NCBI GenBank assembly: GCA_963805085.1
Contig: CAWDTA010000001.1
Coordinates: 322,800-386,799 of the forward strand
Length of the DNA: 64,000 bases
Origin: an uncultured Veillonellaceae bacterium
Lineage (GTDB): Bacteria > Bacillota > Negativicutes > JARBTT01
Direction: 5' to 3'
Shown here: piece after piece, positions 1-12,890 of the stretch
Layout of the letters: every line of letters starts with the position of its first letter
Numbering within the stretch: the first letter of the stretch is position 1
Position numbers and translations under genes: made by a program
The notes under the pieces: generated by a model
What the model was told of the DNA's origin: nothing
The model's database searches: none
Seen by the model: only the letters and a program-made list of their open reading frames with translations

Positions 1-3000
1 CACTGGTCTCACAGGAGCAGACGGTATAACAGGAGCTACTGGATTAACTGGTGCTACAGGTCTAACTGGCGCAGATGGTGTTACAGGTGCGAATGGATTA
101 ACAGGTGCAGATGGTGTAACTGGAGCTACAGGCTTAACAGGAGCAGACGGTGTTACTGGTGCAACTGGCCTAACCGGCGCTGATGGCGTTACAGGAGCTA
201 TTGGTCTCACTGGTGCAGATGGATTAACAGGTGCTACTGGATTGACTGGAGCAACTGGTCTAACTGGTGCAGATGGTATTACAGGAGCTGATGGGTTAAC
301 AGGAGCAGATGGTGTTACCGGTGCAACAGGATTAACTGGAGCTGATGGTTTAACAGGATCCACTGGTCTAACCGGTGCCGATGGCTTAACAGGGGCAACT
401 GGACTTACTGGAGCAACAGGTCTCACAGGTGCAGACGGTGTTACTGGAGCAGATGGTGTTACAGGAGCTACAGGTTTAACCGGCGCTGATGGCGTTACAG
501 GAGCAACTGGACTTACAGGAGCTGATGGCTTAACTGGAGCTACAGGATTAACTGGCGCTGATGGTGTTACCGGAGCAACCGGATTAACAGGTGCAGACGG
601 TCTTACGGGTGCTGATGGTGTAACCGGGGCAACAGGTTTAACAGGAGCAACTGGACTTACAGGAGCCGACGGTTTAACTGGAGCTACAGGATTAACTGGA
701 GCTGATGGTGTTACTGGCGCTACTGGATTAACAGGTGCCGATGGTATAACAGGAGCTACTGGTGTAACTGGAGCCGATGGATTAACTGGTGCAACTGGTC
801 TCACAGGTGCAGACGGTATAACAGGCGCAACTGGATTAACAGGAGCTACAGGTTTAACTGGCGCTGATGGTGTTACCGGAGCAACCGGATTAACAGGTGC
901 AGACGGTCTTACGGGTGCTGATGGTGTAACTGGGGCTACAGGTTTAACTGGTGCTACTGGACTTACAGGTGCAGATGGTGTTACAGGAGCTATTGGTCTC
1001 ACTGGTGCTACAGGTCTAACTGGTGCAGATGGTATAACTGGAGCAACTGGTTTGACTGGTTCAGATGGTGTTACTGGTGCAGATGGATTAACAGGAGCAA
1101 CTGGATTAACTGGAGCCACTGGTCTCACGGGTGCAGACGGTATAACTGGAGCTACAGGTTTAACGGGAGCTACAGGTTTAACCGGTGCCGATGGTTTAAC
1201 TGGTGCAACAGGATTAACTGGAGCAACTGGACTCACAGGAGCTGATGGTGTTACAGGAGCTATTGGTTTAACAGGTGCAATTGGATTAACTGGTGCTACA
1301 GGTCTAACTGGCACAGATGGCCTTACTGGAGCAACAGGTTTCACAGGTGCCGATGGCTTAACAGGTGCAACAGGATTGACTGGTGCAGACGGTGTTACTG
1401 GAGCTGATGGTTTAACAGGTGCTACAGGATTGACTGGTGCTGATGGTGTAACAGGAGCTACAGGTTTAACTGGAGCAGATGGTGTTACTGGTGCAACTGG
1501 TCTCACAGGTGCAGACGGATTGACTGGAGCTACAGGTTTAACAGGAGCCGATGGATTAACTGGTGCAACTGGACTCACAGGAGCCGATGGATTGACAGGA
1601 GCTACTGGTCTTACAGGAGCCGACGGTGTTACAGGAGCTATTGGTCTCACTGGAGCAGATGGATTAACCGGCGCTACAGGTTTAACAGGAGCAACTGGAC
1701 TTACAGGTGCAGATGGTGTAACCGGTGCTACAGGATTAACAGGTGCCGACGGTATAACAGGAGCAACTGGATTGACTGGTGCTACAGGTCTGACTGGAGC
1801 AACTGGACTTACAGGTGCTGATGGTGTTACAGGAGCTATTGGTTTAACAGGTGCAACTGGATTAACTGGTGTTACAGGTCTAACTGGCACAGATGGCCTT
1901 ACTGGAGCTATTGGTCTCACTGGTGCCGATGGTGTAACCGGTGCCGACGGTATAACAGGAGCAACTGGCTTAACCGGCGCTATTGGTCTAACTGGTTCTA
2001 CAGGTCTCACCGGAGCTGATGGATTAACAGGAGCTACAGGGCTTACAGGTGCCGATGGTGTTACCGGAGCAACAGGTCTCACAGGAGCTGACGGTGTTAC
2101 AGGAGCCACTGGATTGACAGGGGCAGATGGCATTACTGGAGCTGATGGTGTTACTGGTGCAACTGGTATTACAGGAGCTACAGGGCTCACAGGTGCAGAT
2201 GGATTAACTGGAGCTGCAGGCTTAACAGGCGCTAATGGTGTAACCGGTGCTACTGGATTAACAGGAGCTACTGGTTTAACCGGTGCCGATGGTATTACTG
2301 GAGCCGACGGTGTTACAGGGGCAACTGGTGTTACAGGAGCCGATGGTGTAACTGGAGCTACAGGATTGACCGGCGCAGATGGGGTAACAGGTGCTACAGG
2401 TCTAACTGGAGCTGATGGCGTTACAGGAGCTACTGGACTCACAGGAGCAGATGGATTAACAGGAGCAACAGGTTTAACAGGAGCTGATGGTGTAACTGGA
2501 GCTACAGGATTAACTGGTGCAGATGGTATAACAGGAGCTACAGGTCTAACCGGTGCCGATGGTGTTACAGGGGCAACTGGATTGACTGGAGCAACTGGAT
2601 TAACTGGAGCTACAGGTTTAACCGGTGCTGATGGCGTTACAGGAGCTATTGGTCTCACTGGTGCAGATGGATTAACTGGAGCTGATGGATTAACAGGAGC
2701 AACAGGTCTCACAGGTGCAACTGGATTAACCGGTGCCGATGGTGTTACTGGAGCTGATGGTTTAACTGGAGCAACTGGGTTAACAGGAGCCGATGGTGTT
2801 ACTGGAGCTACAGGTTTAACAGGTGCTGATGGTTTAACTGGAGCTACAGGTCTCACAGGTGCAGACGGTATAACAGGCGCAACAGGACTCACAGGTGCAG
2901 ACGGACTTACAGGTGCTGATGGATTAACCGGTGCTACAGGTTTAACAGGAGCAGATGGTGTAACCGGAGCTACTGGATTAACAGGTGCAGATGGATTAAC

Positions 3001-6000
3001 AGGGGCAACTGGACTCACAGGTGCCGACGGTGTTACCGGAGCTACCGGATTGACCGGCGCAGACGGTGTTACGGGTGCAGATGGATTAACAGGAGCTACT
3101 GGACTCACAGGAGCAGATGGATTAACAGGAGCAACAGGTTTAACAGGAGCAACAGGTTTAACAGGAGCTGATGGTGTAACTGGAGCTACAGGTTTAACAG
3201 GAGCAGATGGTGTAACCGGAGCTACTGGATTAACAGGGGCAGATGGTTTAACTGGAGCTACAGGTCTTACAGGAGCCGACGGTGTTACGGGAGCTGATGG
3301 GTTAACAGGTGCTACAGGTCTAACTGGAGCAGACGGTGTTACTGGGGCAACAGGTCTTACTGGAGCCGATGGATTGACTGGTGCAACCGGACTTACAGGT
3401 GCCGATGGATTGACTGGTGCTACAGGTTTGACTGGAGCTGATGGATTAACTGGAGCAACTGGACTTACTGGAGCCGACGGTGTTACAGGTGCAACTGGTT
3501 TAACCGGTGCTACAGGATTAACAGGTGCTACAGGTGTAACTGGAGCTACAGGTCTTACAGGAGCCGACGGTGTTACAGGAGCAACAGGTCTAACAGGCGC
3601 AGATGGTATAACTGGAGCTACTGGATTAACAGGTGCCGATGGTATAACAGGAGCTACTGGTGTAACTGGAGCCGATGGATTAACTGGTGCAACTGGTCTC
3701 ACAGGTGCAGACGGTATAACAGGCGCAACTGGATTAACAGGAGCTACAGGTTTAACTGGCGCTGATGGTGTTACCGGAGCAACCGGATTAACAGGTGCAG
3801 ACGGTCTTACGGGTGCTGATGGTGTAACCGGGGCTACAGGTTTAACTGGTGCTACTGGACTTACAGGAGCCGACGGTGTTACTGGAGCTGATGGTGTAAC
3901 TGGGGCTACAGGTTTAACTGGTGCTACTGGACTTACAGGAGCAACTGGTTTGACTGGTTCAGATGGTGTTACTGGTGCAGATGGATTAACAGGTGCAGAC
4001 GGTGTTACGGGTGCTGATGGTTTAACAGGTGCTACAGGTTTGACTGGTTCAGATGGTGTAACCGGTGCTACAGGATTAACAGGAGCAGATGGATTAACTG
4101 GAGCCACTGGTCTCACAGGTGCAGACGGTATAACTGGAGCTACAGGTTTAACGGGAGCTACAGGTTTAACTGGCGCTGATGGTGTTACCGGAGCAACCGG
4201 ATTAACAGGTGCAGACGGTCTTACGGGTGCTGATGGTGTAACCGGGGCAACAGGTTTAACAGGTTTAACAGGAGCAACTGGACTTACAGGAGCCGACGGT
4301 GTTACTGGAGCTGATGGTGTAACTGGAGCTACAGGTTTAACTGGCGCTGATGGTGTAACCGGTGCTACTGGATTAACAGGGGCAGATGGTTTAACGGGAG
4401 CTACAGGATTGACCGGCGCAGATGGATTAACCGGGGCTACAGGATTAACCGGTGCAGACGGTGTTACAGGGGAAACAGGTCTTACTGGAGCCGATGGATT
4501 AACAGGAGCCACTGGATTGACTGGAGCTATCGGCCTTACTGGTGCTACTGGATTTACTGGAGCTATCGGCCTTACTGGAGCTATCGGCCTTACTGGAGCT
4601 ACAGGTTTAACTGGCGCTGATGGCGTTACAGGAGCTATTGGTCTCACTGGTGCCGATGGTGTAACCGGTGCCGACGGTATAACAGGAGCAACTGGCTTAA
4701 CCGGCGCTATTGGTCTAACTGGTTCTACAGGTCTCACCGGAGCTGATGGATTAACAGGAGCAGGGCTTACAGGTGCCGATGGTGTTACCGGAGCAACAGG
4801 TCTCACAGGAGCTGACGGTGTTACAGGAGCCACTGGATTGACAGGGGCAGATGGCATTACTGGAGCTGATGGTGTTACTGGTGCAACTGGTATTACAGGA
4901 GCTACAGGGCTCACAGGTGCAGATGGATTAACTGGAGCTGCAGGCTTAACAGGCGCTAATGGTGTAACCGGTGCTACTGGATTAACAGGAGCTACTGGTT
5001 TAACCGGTGCCGATGGTATTACTGGAGCCGACGGTGTTACAGGGGCAACTGGTGTTACAGGAGCCGATGGTGTAACTGGAGCTACTGGATTGACCGGCGC
5101 CGATGGTATAACTGGAGCTACAGGTTTAACAGGAGCAGATGGTGTAACTGGTGCTACAGGCCTAACCGGCGCTGATGGCGTTACAGGAGCTATTGGTCTC
5201 ACTGGTGCAGATGGATTAACAGGTGCTACTGGATTGACTGGAGCAACTGGTCTAACTGGTGCAGATGGTATTACAGGAGCTGATGGGTTAACAGGAGCAG
5301 ATGGTGTTACCGGTGCAACAGGATTAACTGGAGCTGATGGTTTAACAGGATCCACTGGTCTAACCGGTGCCGATGGCTTAACAGGGGCAACTGGACTTAC
5401 TGGAGCAACAGGTCTCACAGGTGCAGACGGTGTTACTGGAGCAGATGGTGTTACAGGAGCTACAGGTTTAACCGGCGCTGATGGCGTTACAGGAGCAACT
5501 GGACTTACAGGAGCTGATGGCTTAACTGGAGCTACAGGATTAACTGGCGCTGATGGTGTTACCGGAGCAACCGGATTAACAGGTGCAGACGGTCTTACGG
5601 GTGCTGATGGTGTAACCGGGGCAACAGGTTTAACAGGAGCAACTGGACTTACAGGAGCCGACGGTTTAACTGGAGCTACAGGATTAACTGGAGCTGATGG
5701 TGTTACTGGCGCTACTGGATTAACAGGTGCCGATGGTATAACAGGAGCTACTGGTGTAACTGGAGCCGATGGATTAACTGGTGCAACTGGTCTCACAGGT
5801 GCAGACGGTATAACAGGCGCAACTGGATTAACAGGAGCTACAGGTTTAACTGGCGCTGATGGTGTTACCGGAGCAACCGGATTAACAGGTGCAGACGGTC
5901 TTACGGGTGCTGATGGTGTAACTGGAGCTACAGGTTTAACTGGCGCTGATGGCGTTACAGGAGCTATTGGTCTCACTGGTGCCGATGGTGTAACCGGTGC

Positions 6001-9000
6001 CGACGGTATAACAGGAGCAACTGGCTTAACCGGCGCTATTGGTCTAACTGGTTCTACAGGTCTCACCGGAGCTGATGGATTAACAGGAGCTACAGGGCTT
6101 ACAGGTGCCGATGGTGTTACCGGAGCAACAGGTCTCACAGGAGCTGACGGTGTTACAGGAGCCACTGGATTGACAGGGGCAGATGGCATTACTGGAGCTG
6201 ATGGTGTTACTGGTGCAACTGGTATTACAGGAGCTACAGGGCTCACAGGTGCAGATGGATTAACTGGAGCTGCAGGCTTAACAGGCGCTAATGGTGTAAC
6301 CGGTGCTACTGGATTAACAGGAGCTACTGGTTTAACCGGTGCCGATGGTATTACTGGAGCCGACGGTGTTACAGGGGCAACTGGTGTTACAGGAGCCGAT
6401 GGTGTAACTGGAGCTACAGGATTGACCGGCGCAGATGGGGTAACAGGTGCTACAGGTCTAACTGGAGCTGATGGCGTTACAGGAGCTACTGGACTCACAG
6501 GAGCAGATGGATTAACAGGTGCAGACGGTGTTACGGGTGCAGATGGATTAACAGGAGCTACAGGTCTAACAGGAGCAGATGGTATAACAGGAGCTACTGG
6601 TGTAACTGGAGCCGATGGATTAACTGGTGCAACTGGACTCACAGGAGCCGATGGATTGACAGGAGCTACTGGACTTACAGGTGCTGATGGTATAACAGGA
6701 GCAACAGGTTTAACAGGAGCTGATGGTGTAACCGGTGCTACTGGATTAACTGGAGCCGATGGATTGACTGGTGCAACCGGACTTACAGGTGCCGACGGTG
6801 TTACAGGAGCCACTGGATTGACTGGTGCAACTGGACTCACAGGTGCAGACGGCGTTACAGGTGCAACCGGATTAACAGGAGCAGATGGATTAACAGGTGC
6901 CGACGGTATAACAGGAGCTACTGGATTAACAGGGGCCGATGGTGTAACTGGAGCTACTGGATTGACCGGCGCCGATGGTATAACTGGAGCTACAGGTTTA
7001 ACAGGAGCAGATGGTGTAACTGGTGCTACAGGCCTAACCGGCGCTGATGGCGTTACAGGAGCTATTGGTCTCACTGGTGCAGATGGATTAACAGGTGCTA
7101 CTGGATTGACTGGAGCAACTGGTCTAACTGGTGCAGATGGTATTACAGGAGCTGATGGGTTAACAGGAGCAGATGGTGTTACCGGTGCAACAGGATTAAC
7201 TGGAGCTGATGGTTTAACAGGATCCACTGGTCTAACCGGTGCCGATGGCTTAACAGGGGCAACTGGACTTACTGGAGCAACAGGTCTCACAGGTGCAGAC
7301 GGTGTTACTGGAGCAGATGGTGTTACAGGAGCTACAGGTTTAACCGGCGCTGATGGCGTTACAGGAGCAACTGGACTTACAGGAGCAACTGGACTTACAG
7401 GAGCTGATGGCTTAACTGGAGCTACAGGATTAACTGGCGCTGATGGTGTTACCGGAGCAACCGGATTAACAGGTGCAGACGGTCTTACGGGTGCTGATGG
7501 TGTAACCGGGGCAACAGGTTTAACAGGAGCAACTGGACTTACAGGAGCCGACGGTTTAACTGGAGCTACAGGATTAACTGGAGCTGATGGTGTTACTGGC
7601 GCTACTGGATTAACAGGTGCCGATGGTATAACAGGAGCTACTGGTGTAACTGGAGCCGATGGATTAACTGGTGCAACTGGTCTCACAGGTGCAGACGGTA
7701 TAACAGGCGCAACTGGATTAACAGGAGCTACAGGTTTAACTGGCGCTGATGGTGTTACCGGAGCAACCGGATTAACAGGTGCAGACGGTCTTACGGGTGC
7801 TGATGGTGTAACTGGGGCTACAGGTTTAACTGGTGCTACTGGACTTACAGGTGCAGATGGTGTTACAGGAGCTATTGGTCTCACTGGTGCTACAGGTCTA
7901 ACTGGTGCAGATGGTATAACTGGAGCAACTGGTTTGACTGGTTCAGATGGTGTTACTGGTGCAGATGGATTAACAGGAGCAACTGGATTAACTGGAGCCA
8001 CTGGTCTCACGGGTGCAGACGGTATAACTGGAGCTACAGGTTTAACGGGAGCTACAGGTTTAACCGGTGCCGATGGTTTAACTGGTGCAACAGGATTAAC
8101 TGGAGCAACTGGAGCAACTGGACTCACAGGAGCTGATGGTGTTACAGGAGCTATTGGTTTAACAGGTGCAATTGGATTAACTGGTGCTACAGGTCTAACT
8201 GGCACAGATGGCCTTACTGGAGCAACAGGTTTCACAGGTGCCGATGGCTTAACAGGTGCAACAGGATTGACTGGTGCAGACGGTGTTACTGGAGCTGATG
8301 GTTTAACAGGTGCTACAGGATTGACTGGTGCTGATGGTGTAACAGGAGCTACAGGTTTAACTGGAGCAGATGGTGTTACTGGTGCAACTGGTCTCACAGG
8401 TGCAGACGGATTGACTGGAGCTACAGGTTTAACAGGAGCCGATGGATTAACTGGTGCAACTGGACTCACAGGAGCCGATGGATTGACAGGAGCTACTGGT
8501 CTTACAGGAGCCGACGGTGTTACAGGAGCTATTGGTCTCACTGGAGCAGATGGATTAACCGGCGCTACAGGTTTAACAGGAGCAACTGGACTTACAGGTG
8601 CAGATGGTGTAACCGGTGCTACTGGATTAACAGGTGCCGACGGTATAACAGGAGCAACTGGATTGACTGGTGCTACAGGTCTGACTGGAGCAACTGGACT
8701 TACAGGTGCTGATGGTGTTACAGGAGCTATTGGTTTAACAGGTGCAACTGGATTAACTGGTGTTACAGGTCTAACTGGCACAGATGGCCTTACTGGAGCT
8801 ATTGGTCTCACTGGTGCCGATGGTGTAACCGGTGCCGACGGTATAACAGGAGCAACTGGCTTAACCGGCGCTATTGGTCTAACTGGTTCTACAGGTCTCA
8901 CCGGAGCTGATGGATTAACAGGAGCTACAGGGCTTACAGGTGCCGATGGTGTTACCGGAGCAACAGGTCTCACAGGAGCTGACGGTGTTACAGGAGCCAC

Positions 9001-10186
9001 TGGATTGACAGGGGCAGATGGCATTACTGGAGCTGATGGTGTTACTGGTGCAACTGGTATTACAGGAGCTACAGGGCTCACAGGTGCAGATGGATTAACA
9101 GGAGCTACAGGTCTAACAGGAGCAGATGGTATAACAGGAGCTACTGGTGTAACTGGAGCCGATGGATTAACTGGTGCAACTGGACTCACAGGAGCCGATG
9201 GATTGACAGGAGCTACTGGACTTACAGGTGCTGATGGTATAACAGGAGCAACAGGTTTAACAGGAGCTGATGGTGTAACCGGTGCTACTGGATTAACTGG
9301 AGCCGATGGATTGACTGGTGCAACCGGACTTACAGGTGCTGATGGTGTTACTGGTGCAACTGGTATTACAGGAGCTACTGGTTTAACCGGTGCAGATGGT
9401 ATTACTGGAGCCGATGGTTTAACTGGAGCTACAGGTCTTACAGGAGCAGATGGGTTAACAGGTGCTACAGGCTTAACAGGAGCTGATGGTGTAACTGGAG
9501 CAACTGGTCTTACTGGTGCTGATGGCCTTACTGGAGCAACTGGACTTACAGGAGCCGACGGTGTTACTGGAGCTACTGGTTTAACAGGCGCAGATGGATT
9601 AACTGGAGCCACTGGTCTCACAGGTGCAGACGGTATAACAGGTGCAACTGGATTAACTGGTGCTACAGGTTTGACAGGTGCAGACGGTGTTACAGGTGCT
9701 ACTGGATTGACTGGAGCCGATGGATTAACTGGAGCAACAGGTTTAACAGGAGCTACAGGATTGACAGGTACTACTGGACTTACTGGTTCACAATTTACCA
9801 CTCCCCCTGCTTCCTCGATTAGTCTTCCTCTTACCACGCAGGTATCTGTACTTTCGCTAGCAGTAACTACAACTACGGGTCAAATAGTAAAATTAGATTC
9901 TATGGTGGAAGTGGAGTTAACAACTGCGTCCCTTACTCCCTATCAATATACAATCACCTATAGTCTTTATGGAGATCTATCTCTTATTTCTACAGTAACT
10001 GTTGAAAAAGAAGAAGACAATGTAACATTAAATGCGCGAATTCTGGGTGAGATTCCTAATTTAACTTGGATTGATGCTCCTGCTGCCGGTGCACACACCT
10101 ATGAGATTCGTATTACGGTGACTGGTACAAATATCGCAAGCGCTTCAGCTCGAACTAGATCATTGAATGCGATCACTTTCGGATAA
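1..10186 (+). CDS. Giant collagen-like (Gly-X-Thr / Gly-Ala-Asp repeat) surface or exosporium glycoprotein with ~135-aa globular C-terminal domain; 5'-partial
   Basis: The frame is open from base 2 (ACT GGT CTC ACA...), so the true start lies upstream of the window. Gly-X-Y triplets run almost without a break to ~9790, followed by a unique beta-rich C-terminal domain and TAA at 10184-10186. BclA-like architecture. Confidence 0.9.
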   Translation, partial: TGLTGADGITGATGLTGATGLTGADGVTGANGLTGADGVTGATGLTGADGVTGATGLTGADGVTGAIGLTGADGLTGATGLTGATGLTGADGITGADGLTGADGVTGATGLTGADGLTGSTGLTGADGLTGATGLTGATGLTGADGVTGADGVTGATGLTGADGVTGATGLTGADGLTGATGLTGADGVTGATGLTGADGLTGADGVTGATGLTGATGLTGADGLTGATGLTGADGVTGATGLTGADGITGATGVTGADGLTGATGLTGADGITGATGLTGATGLTGADGVTGATGLTGADGLTGADGVTGATGLTGATGLTGADGVTGAIGLTGATGLTGADGITGATGLTGSDGVTGADGLTGATGLTGATGLTGADGITGATGLTGATGLTGADGLTGATGLTGATGLTGADGVTGAIGLTGAIGLTGATGLTGTDGLTGATGFTGADGLTGATGLTGADGVTGADGLTGATGLTGADGVTGATGLTGADGVTGATGLTGADGLTGATGLTGADGLTGATGLTGADGLTGATGLTGADGVTGAIGLTGADGLTGATGLTGATGLTGADGVTGATGLTGADGITGATGLTGATGLTGATGLTGADGVTGAIGLTGATGLTGVTGLTGTDGLTGAIGLTGADGVTGADGITGATGLTGAIGLTGSTGLTGADGLTGATGLTGADGVTGATGLTGADGVTGATGLTGADGITGADGVTGATGITGATGLTGADGLTGAAGLTGANGVTGATGLTGATGLTGADGITGADGVTGATGVTGADGVTGATGLTGADGVTGATGLTGADGVTGATGLTGADGLTGATGLTGADGVTGATGLTGADGITGATGLTGADGVTGATGLTGATGLTGATGLTGADGVTGAIGLTGADGLTGADGLTGATGLTGATGLTGADGVTGADGLTGATGLTGADGVTGATGLTGADGLTGATGLTGADGITGATGLTGADGLTGADGLTGATGLTGADGVTGATGLTGADGLTGATGLTGADGVTGATGLTGADGVTGADGLTGATGLTGADGLTGATGLTGATGLTGADGVTGATGLTGADGVTGATGLTGADGLTGATGLTGADGVTGADGLTGATGLTGADGVTGATGLTGADGLTGATGLTGADGLTGATGLTGADGLTGATGLTGADGVTGATGLTGATGLTGATGVTGATGLTGADGVTGATGLTGADGITGATGLTGADGITGATGVTGADGLTGATGLTGADGITGATGLTGATGLTGADGVTGATGLTGADGLTGADGVTGATGLTGATGLTGADGVTGADGVTGATGLTGATGLTGATGLTGSDGVTGADGLTGADGVTGADGLTGATGLTGSDGVTGATGLTGADGLTGATGLTGADGITGATGLTGATGLTGADGVTGATGLTGADGLTGADGVTGATGLTGLTGATGLTGADGVTGADGVTGATGLTGADGVTGATGLTGADGLTGATGLTGADGLTGATGLTGADGVTGETGLTGADGLTGATGLTGAIGLTGATGFTGAIGLTGAIGLTGATGLTGADGVTGAIGLTGADGVTGADGITGATGLTGAIGLTGSTGLTGADGLTGAGLTGADGVTGATGLTGADGVTGATGLTGADGITGADGVTGATGITGATGLTGADGLTGAAGLTGANGVTGATGLTGATGLTGADGITGADGVTGATGVTGADGVTGATGLTGADGITGATGLTGADGVTGATGLTGADGVTGAIGLTGADGLTGATGLTGATGLTGADGITGADGLTGADGVTGATGLTGADGLTGSTGLTGADGLTGATGLTGATGLTGADGVTGADGVTGATGLTGADGVTGATGLTGADGLTGATGLTGADGVTGATGLTGADGLTGADGVTGATGLTGATGLTGADGLTGATGLTGADGVTGATGLTGADGITGATGVTGADGLTGATGLTGADGITGATGLTGATGLTGADGVTGATGLTGADGLTGADGVTGATGLTGADGVTGAIGLTGADGVTGADGITGATGLTGAIGLTGSTGLTGADGLTGATGLTGADGVTGATGLTGADGVTGATGLTGADGITGADGVTGATGITGATGLTGADGLTGAAGLTGANGVTGATGLTGATGLTGADGITGADGVTGATGVTGADGVTGATGLTGADGVTGATGLTGADGVTGATGLTGADGLTGADGVTGADGLTGATGLTGADGITGATGVTGADGLTGATGLTGADGLTGATGLTGADGITGATGLTGADGVTGATGLTGADGLTGATGLTGADGVTGATGLTGATGLTGADGVTGATGLTGADGLTGADGITGATGLTGADGVTGATGLTGADGITGATGLTGADGVTGATGLTGADGVTGAIGLTGADGLTGATGLTGATGLTGADGITGADGLTGADGVTGATGLTGADGLTGSTGLTGADGLTGATGLTGATGLTGADGVTGADGVTGATGLTGADGVTGATGLTGATGLTGADGLTGATGLTGADGVTGATGLTGADGLTGADGVTGATGLTGATGLTGADGLTGATGLTGADGVTGATGLTGADGITGATGVTGADGLTGATGLTGADGITGATGLTGATGLTGADGVTGATGLTGADGLTGADGVTGATGLTGATGLTGADGVTGAIGLTGATGLTGADGITGATGLTGSDGVTGADGLTGATGLTGATGLTGADGITGATGLTGATGLTGADGLTGATGLTGATGATGLTGADGVTGAIGLTGAIGLTGATGLTGTDGLTGATGFTGADGLTGATGLTGADGVTGADGLTGATGLTGADGVTGATGLTGADGVTGATGLTGADGLTGATGLTGADGLTGATGLTGADGLTGATGLTGADGVTGAIGLTGADGLTGATGLTGATGLTGADGVTGATGLTGADGITGATGLTGATGLTGATGLTGADGVTGAIGLTGATGLTGVTGLTGTDGLTGAIGLTGADGVTGADGITGATGLTGAIGLTGSTGLTGADGLTGATGLTGADGVTGATGLTGADGVTGATGLTGADGITGADGVTGATGITGATGLTGADGLTGATGLTGADGITGATGVTGADGLTGATGLTGADGLTGATGLTGADGITGATGLTGADGVTGATGLTGADGLTGATGLTGADGVTGATGITGATGLTGADGITGADGLTGATGLTGADGLTGATGLTGADGVTGATGLTGADGLTGATGLTGADGVTGATGLTGADGLTGATGLTGADGITGATGLTGATGLTGADGVTGATGLTGADGLTGATGLTGATGLTGTTGLTGSQFTTPPASSISLPLTTQVSVLSLAVTTTTGQIVKLDSMVEVELTTASLTPYQYTITYSLYGDLSLISTVTVEKEEDNVTLNARILGEIPNLTWIDAPAAGAHTYEIRITVTGTNIASASARTRSLNAITFG

Positions 10187-10384
10187 AGAGGTTTAGACAC
10201 TAATGGATAAATATGTAAAAATAATTAATTAAGTCAACAGGGATGGTAAAAGAAAATATACCAAACTTAACTTGTTAAGAAAGAGTAGATGAATCATTTA
10301 ATAAGGCACCACCTTTATATGTAATGTGTACCCTATAGAGTCGATGTCATTAAGTTAAGTAGTTAAGATCAGGTTAATGTATCA

Positions 10385-10421
10385 AAAAATGGTGAACGCT
10401 ATAATAAGCGTTCACCATTTT
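10385..10421 (+). terminator. Hairpin/intrinsic terminator
   Basis: AAAATGGTGAACGCT-ataata-AGCGTTCACCATTTT inverted repeat with T tail. Confidence 0.55.
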
Positions 10422-10494
10422 TATGATTTAAACATACCAAAAGCAGATGACGTTATAAGCCATCTGTATAACATGCAGATACGAAGAGTTGTTG

Positions 10495-10770
10495 TTAAGA
10501 AATTCTATATGTAAACCCGACAGCATTTTTAATATTTTGATATCTTTCAAATACTCTGCTAGTACGTATTGGAGACATAAATTTCTGCACAATTTTCAAA
10601 AGACTTCTTTCAGAAAATTTGCCCTTGAAATACTGATAACAAAAATGTATCGCTTCAGCAGGAATTTCATTCCCAGGTAAATCTGTGAATAACGTTTCAT
10701 AAGTGGTATCTGAAATTTTAAATCGAGCAATTCTAAATTTCAAATCATATATCTTGTTTTCTCTAGGCAG
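10495..10770 (-). pseudogene. IS4-family transposase fragment
   Basis: Peptide FRIARFKISDTTYETLFTDLP resembles the conserved 'R..RF.I....YE...TNL' segment of clostridial IS4 transposases; no complete ORF. Confidence 0.5.
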
Positions 10771-10789
10771 TAAGTAATTTTTATCATTG

Positions 10790-10861
10790 CATGGAAGTTT
10801 ATAAGTGAATTATACTTTGTTTAGTGTAAAAATTCAGATAAATAGAATCGTCACTTTGTAT
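10790..10861 (+). repeat. Partial copy (promoter-proximal end plus REP-like site) of the 460-bp array unit
   Basis: ATGGAAGTTTATA...TTTGTTTAGTGTAAAAATT-CAGATAAATAGAATCGTCACTTTGTAT matches the ends of the units at 15394, 17342, 19686 and 20187. Confidence 0.7.
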
Positions 10862-10879
10862 TCTGAGTTAGTAATGCTC

Positions 10880-12606
10880 ATTTTTTAGTGTTAAACCGAT
10901 TATGGAGTGTGACTTTATCGGTAGGAAAAAACAAGGATGATGAGAAATGAAGAACGTGGATATGGTAATATAGATAAAATGGTTTGTAGTAATTGTGTAG
11001 AGTCTGAAGTTTTTAAAGAATTTATTTTAGAAATTCCCTTGTAAAAACCTAAGCATCATATAATTTTATTAATTGACTTATTGCTAGGCTAGTCTTGAAT
11101 TTTGATTAACTTAAAGTATGAATAGAGGTCAGTGTATGTACGGTAGGAATGAATTGTGTTTTTGTGGATATAGGAAAAAGTACAAAAAATGTTGACTTGG
11201 CAAAGAACCGACTGTAGCTTTACCTTCTCTATTATAATAAAATGAAAATAGGAAAGCTGATTGCGCCTACATCCATGCCAAGAAGAATGTAGAGGAAAGA
11301 TAGAAAATAGTTAAGGCACATTCAATTCAAAACACTCGAATTTTGAAGAGCTTATCTCAAAATGGCGAAATAAAAATGTTTAAGTCCAAAATAGGTGAGG
11401 GCTTAAACATTAGTGCAGTTAGCATAGGTAGAGTGGTTGCTACTACTTTTTTTGTTTAAAATTGCTTGACCCCATGGCATATCACAAGATATATTGTCTT
11501 TGATGGACATATAGTCCACATATAAGAAATCGTTACAAAAAGCTGCCCATCCTGGCGTAATGCTGGGGTGGGCAGCTTTTTGTCAATAAGCGGGAAGAAG
11601 ATCAAAAGTGGAATAACTTAATCGTGATCTATCATGACAAATTATGATTGTTAAAACAATTAATTATTTCCTATTTTTAATATAATAGGAAATAATTTAC
11701 ATTGGTAGTTTAAATTTTACAATTATAGGAATTTATATAAGTGAAGGCAGATTCAAATAAAATTCAAATTAATTTGCCCATCTTTCTACTAAAGAGGTGT
11801 GTTAGATGACTCGCGGAACGTTTACTTAGCGGAAAGTTTAACTTTTCATGGATTTAAGTTTAAGGTAACAAAAATTTAAATGTAAAACAGGGGGAAACTA
11901 AAATGGAAAACAAGGTTTTATTTAGTGAGGAAACAGAAAGCAAAAGTATATCAATTGACACAGGAAAGATAAATATTAATCCTATTACATCATCATCGTC
12001 CTTGCTTAAAGTAAGCAGCGACGATATAACGACTATTAATATTGAAAGCAATGCAGACGATTCTACTAATCATGCGCCAGTAGCAGGATTGGCATATTCG
12101 ATTTTAAATCCTGCCACGCTTACATCAGACAATTACCTAACTACAAATACACAAGTTGCATGGTTATTATCCTATAATGGGGTAAATTATTCTTATGATC
12201 CAGATGGAGATAGTATAATAGCTTTCCAAGTAGGAGGCTTACCTTCAGGTTCTATTACTTCTACTGTTACTGATAGCAGCGGTACAGTTATTGGTTTTGT
12301 TGTACAGGTTACTACAGCTGGTACTTATAAAATGACTTTTAGGTGTGAAGATGAACATGGTTTATGGTCTAGCTATTTAGTCGTTACCATGACTATAAAA
12401 GCGGCATCCTAAGTATAACTCATTTAATGCTCAGGAATATGCATGGACCTATCTTTTAATCTAGCGCTAAAAGTTGATTGGTTTAAAGAAATAATAAATC
12501 AGATAAACTGGGGTTGGCTACTATTAATCCCTCCATTCTGGCATATCGCCGGGGTGGAGGGATTTTTTACTATATCAGAAAGTATAATGTTTAGGGGGGA
12601 GTCATT
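10880..12606 (+). repeat. Long direct repeat, copy 1 (carries ~245 bp extra at ~11187-11431)
   Basis: Near-identical to 35050-36530, including the 169-aa ORF and both flanking GC-rich hairpins. Confidence 0.95.
11903..12412 (+). CDS. Hypothetical protein with PKD/Ig-like domain, copy 1
   Basis: RBS GGGGGA; motifs NHAPVA, SYDPDGD, GTY and DEHGLWS typical of PKD-like beta-sandwiches; 2 aa differences from copy 2. Confidence 0.7.
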   Translation: MENKVLFSEETESKSISIDTGKININPITSSSSLLKVSSDDITTINIESNADDSTNHAPVAGLAYSILNPATLTSDNYLTTNTQVAWLLSYNGVNYSYDPDGDSIIAFQVGGLPSGSITSTVTDSSGTVIGFVVQVTTAGTYKMTFRCEDEHGLWSSYLVVTMTIKAAS

Positions 12607-12633
12607 TACTTAAATTTTTGGTAAATTAAAAGC

Positions 12634-12864
12634 ATGGCACAAAACATACTATGTCAAATATTTTTTGATAAGAATAATAATTGGGATAAATTCGTAAAGC
12701 ATCACGGTAAACTTGCTGATGTCTTTGCTTCACAGGGGCAGTGTACGAATTTTTGTGGCGGTGCAAACCGTCAATTTGTCTTATTTGTAGTGAATATGAT
12801 ATCGCTAACCCTTTATTTGATAAATGAGTTAAACAACCAACCATTTAGGCCGGATTGGGTGTGA
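12634..12864 (+). pseudogene. Possible N-terminal remnant of an IS91-like (rolling-circle) transposase
   Basis: MAQNILCQIFFDKNNNWDKFVKHHG resembles the N-terminus of Firmicutes IS91-family transposases, then diverges. Confidence 0.35.
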
Positions 12865-12890
12865 AAAAATAGACAATGCGATTATTAAAG

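Noticed and set aside
242-244. TTG at 242 as the start of the collagen-like gene
   Set aside because: The frame is open and repetitive from base 2, so the real start is outside the window.
11806-11829. Tiny ORF MTRGTFT with AGAGGTG RBS upstream of the duplicated 169-aa gene
   Set aside because: Its conservation is explained by the recent duplication; no attenuator structure was seen.
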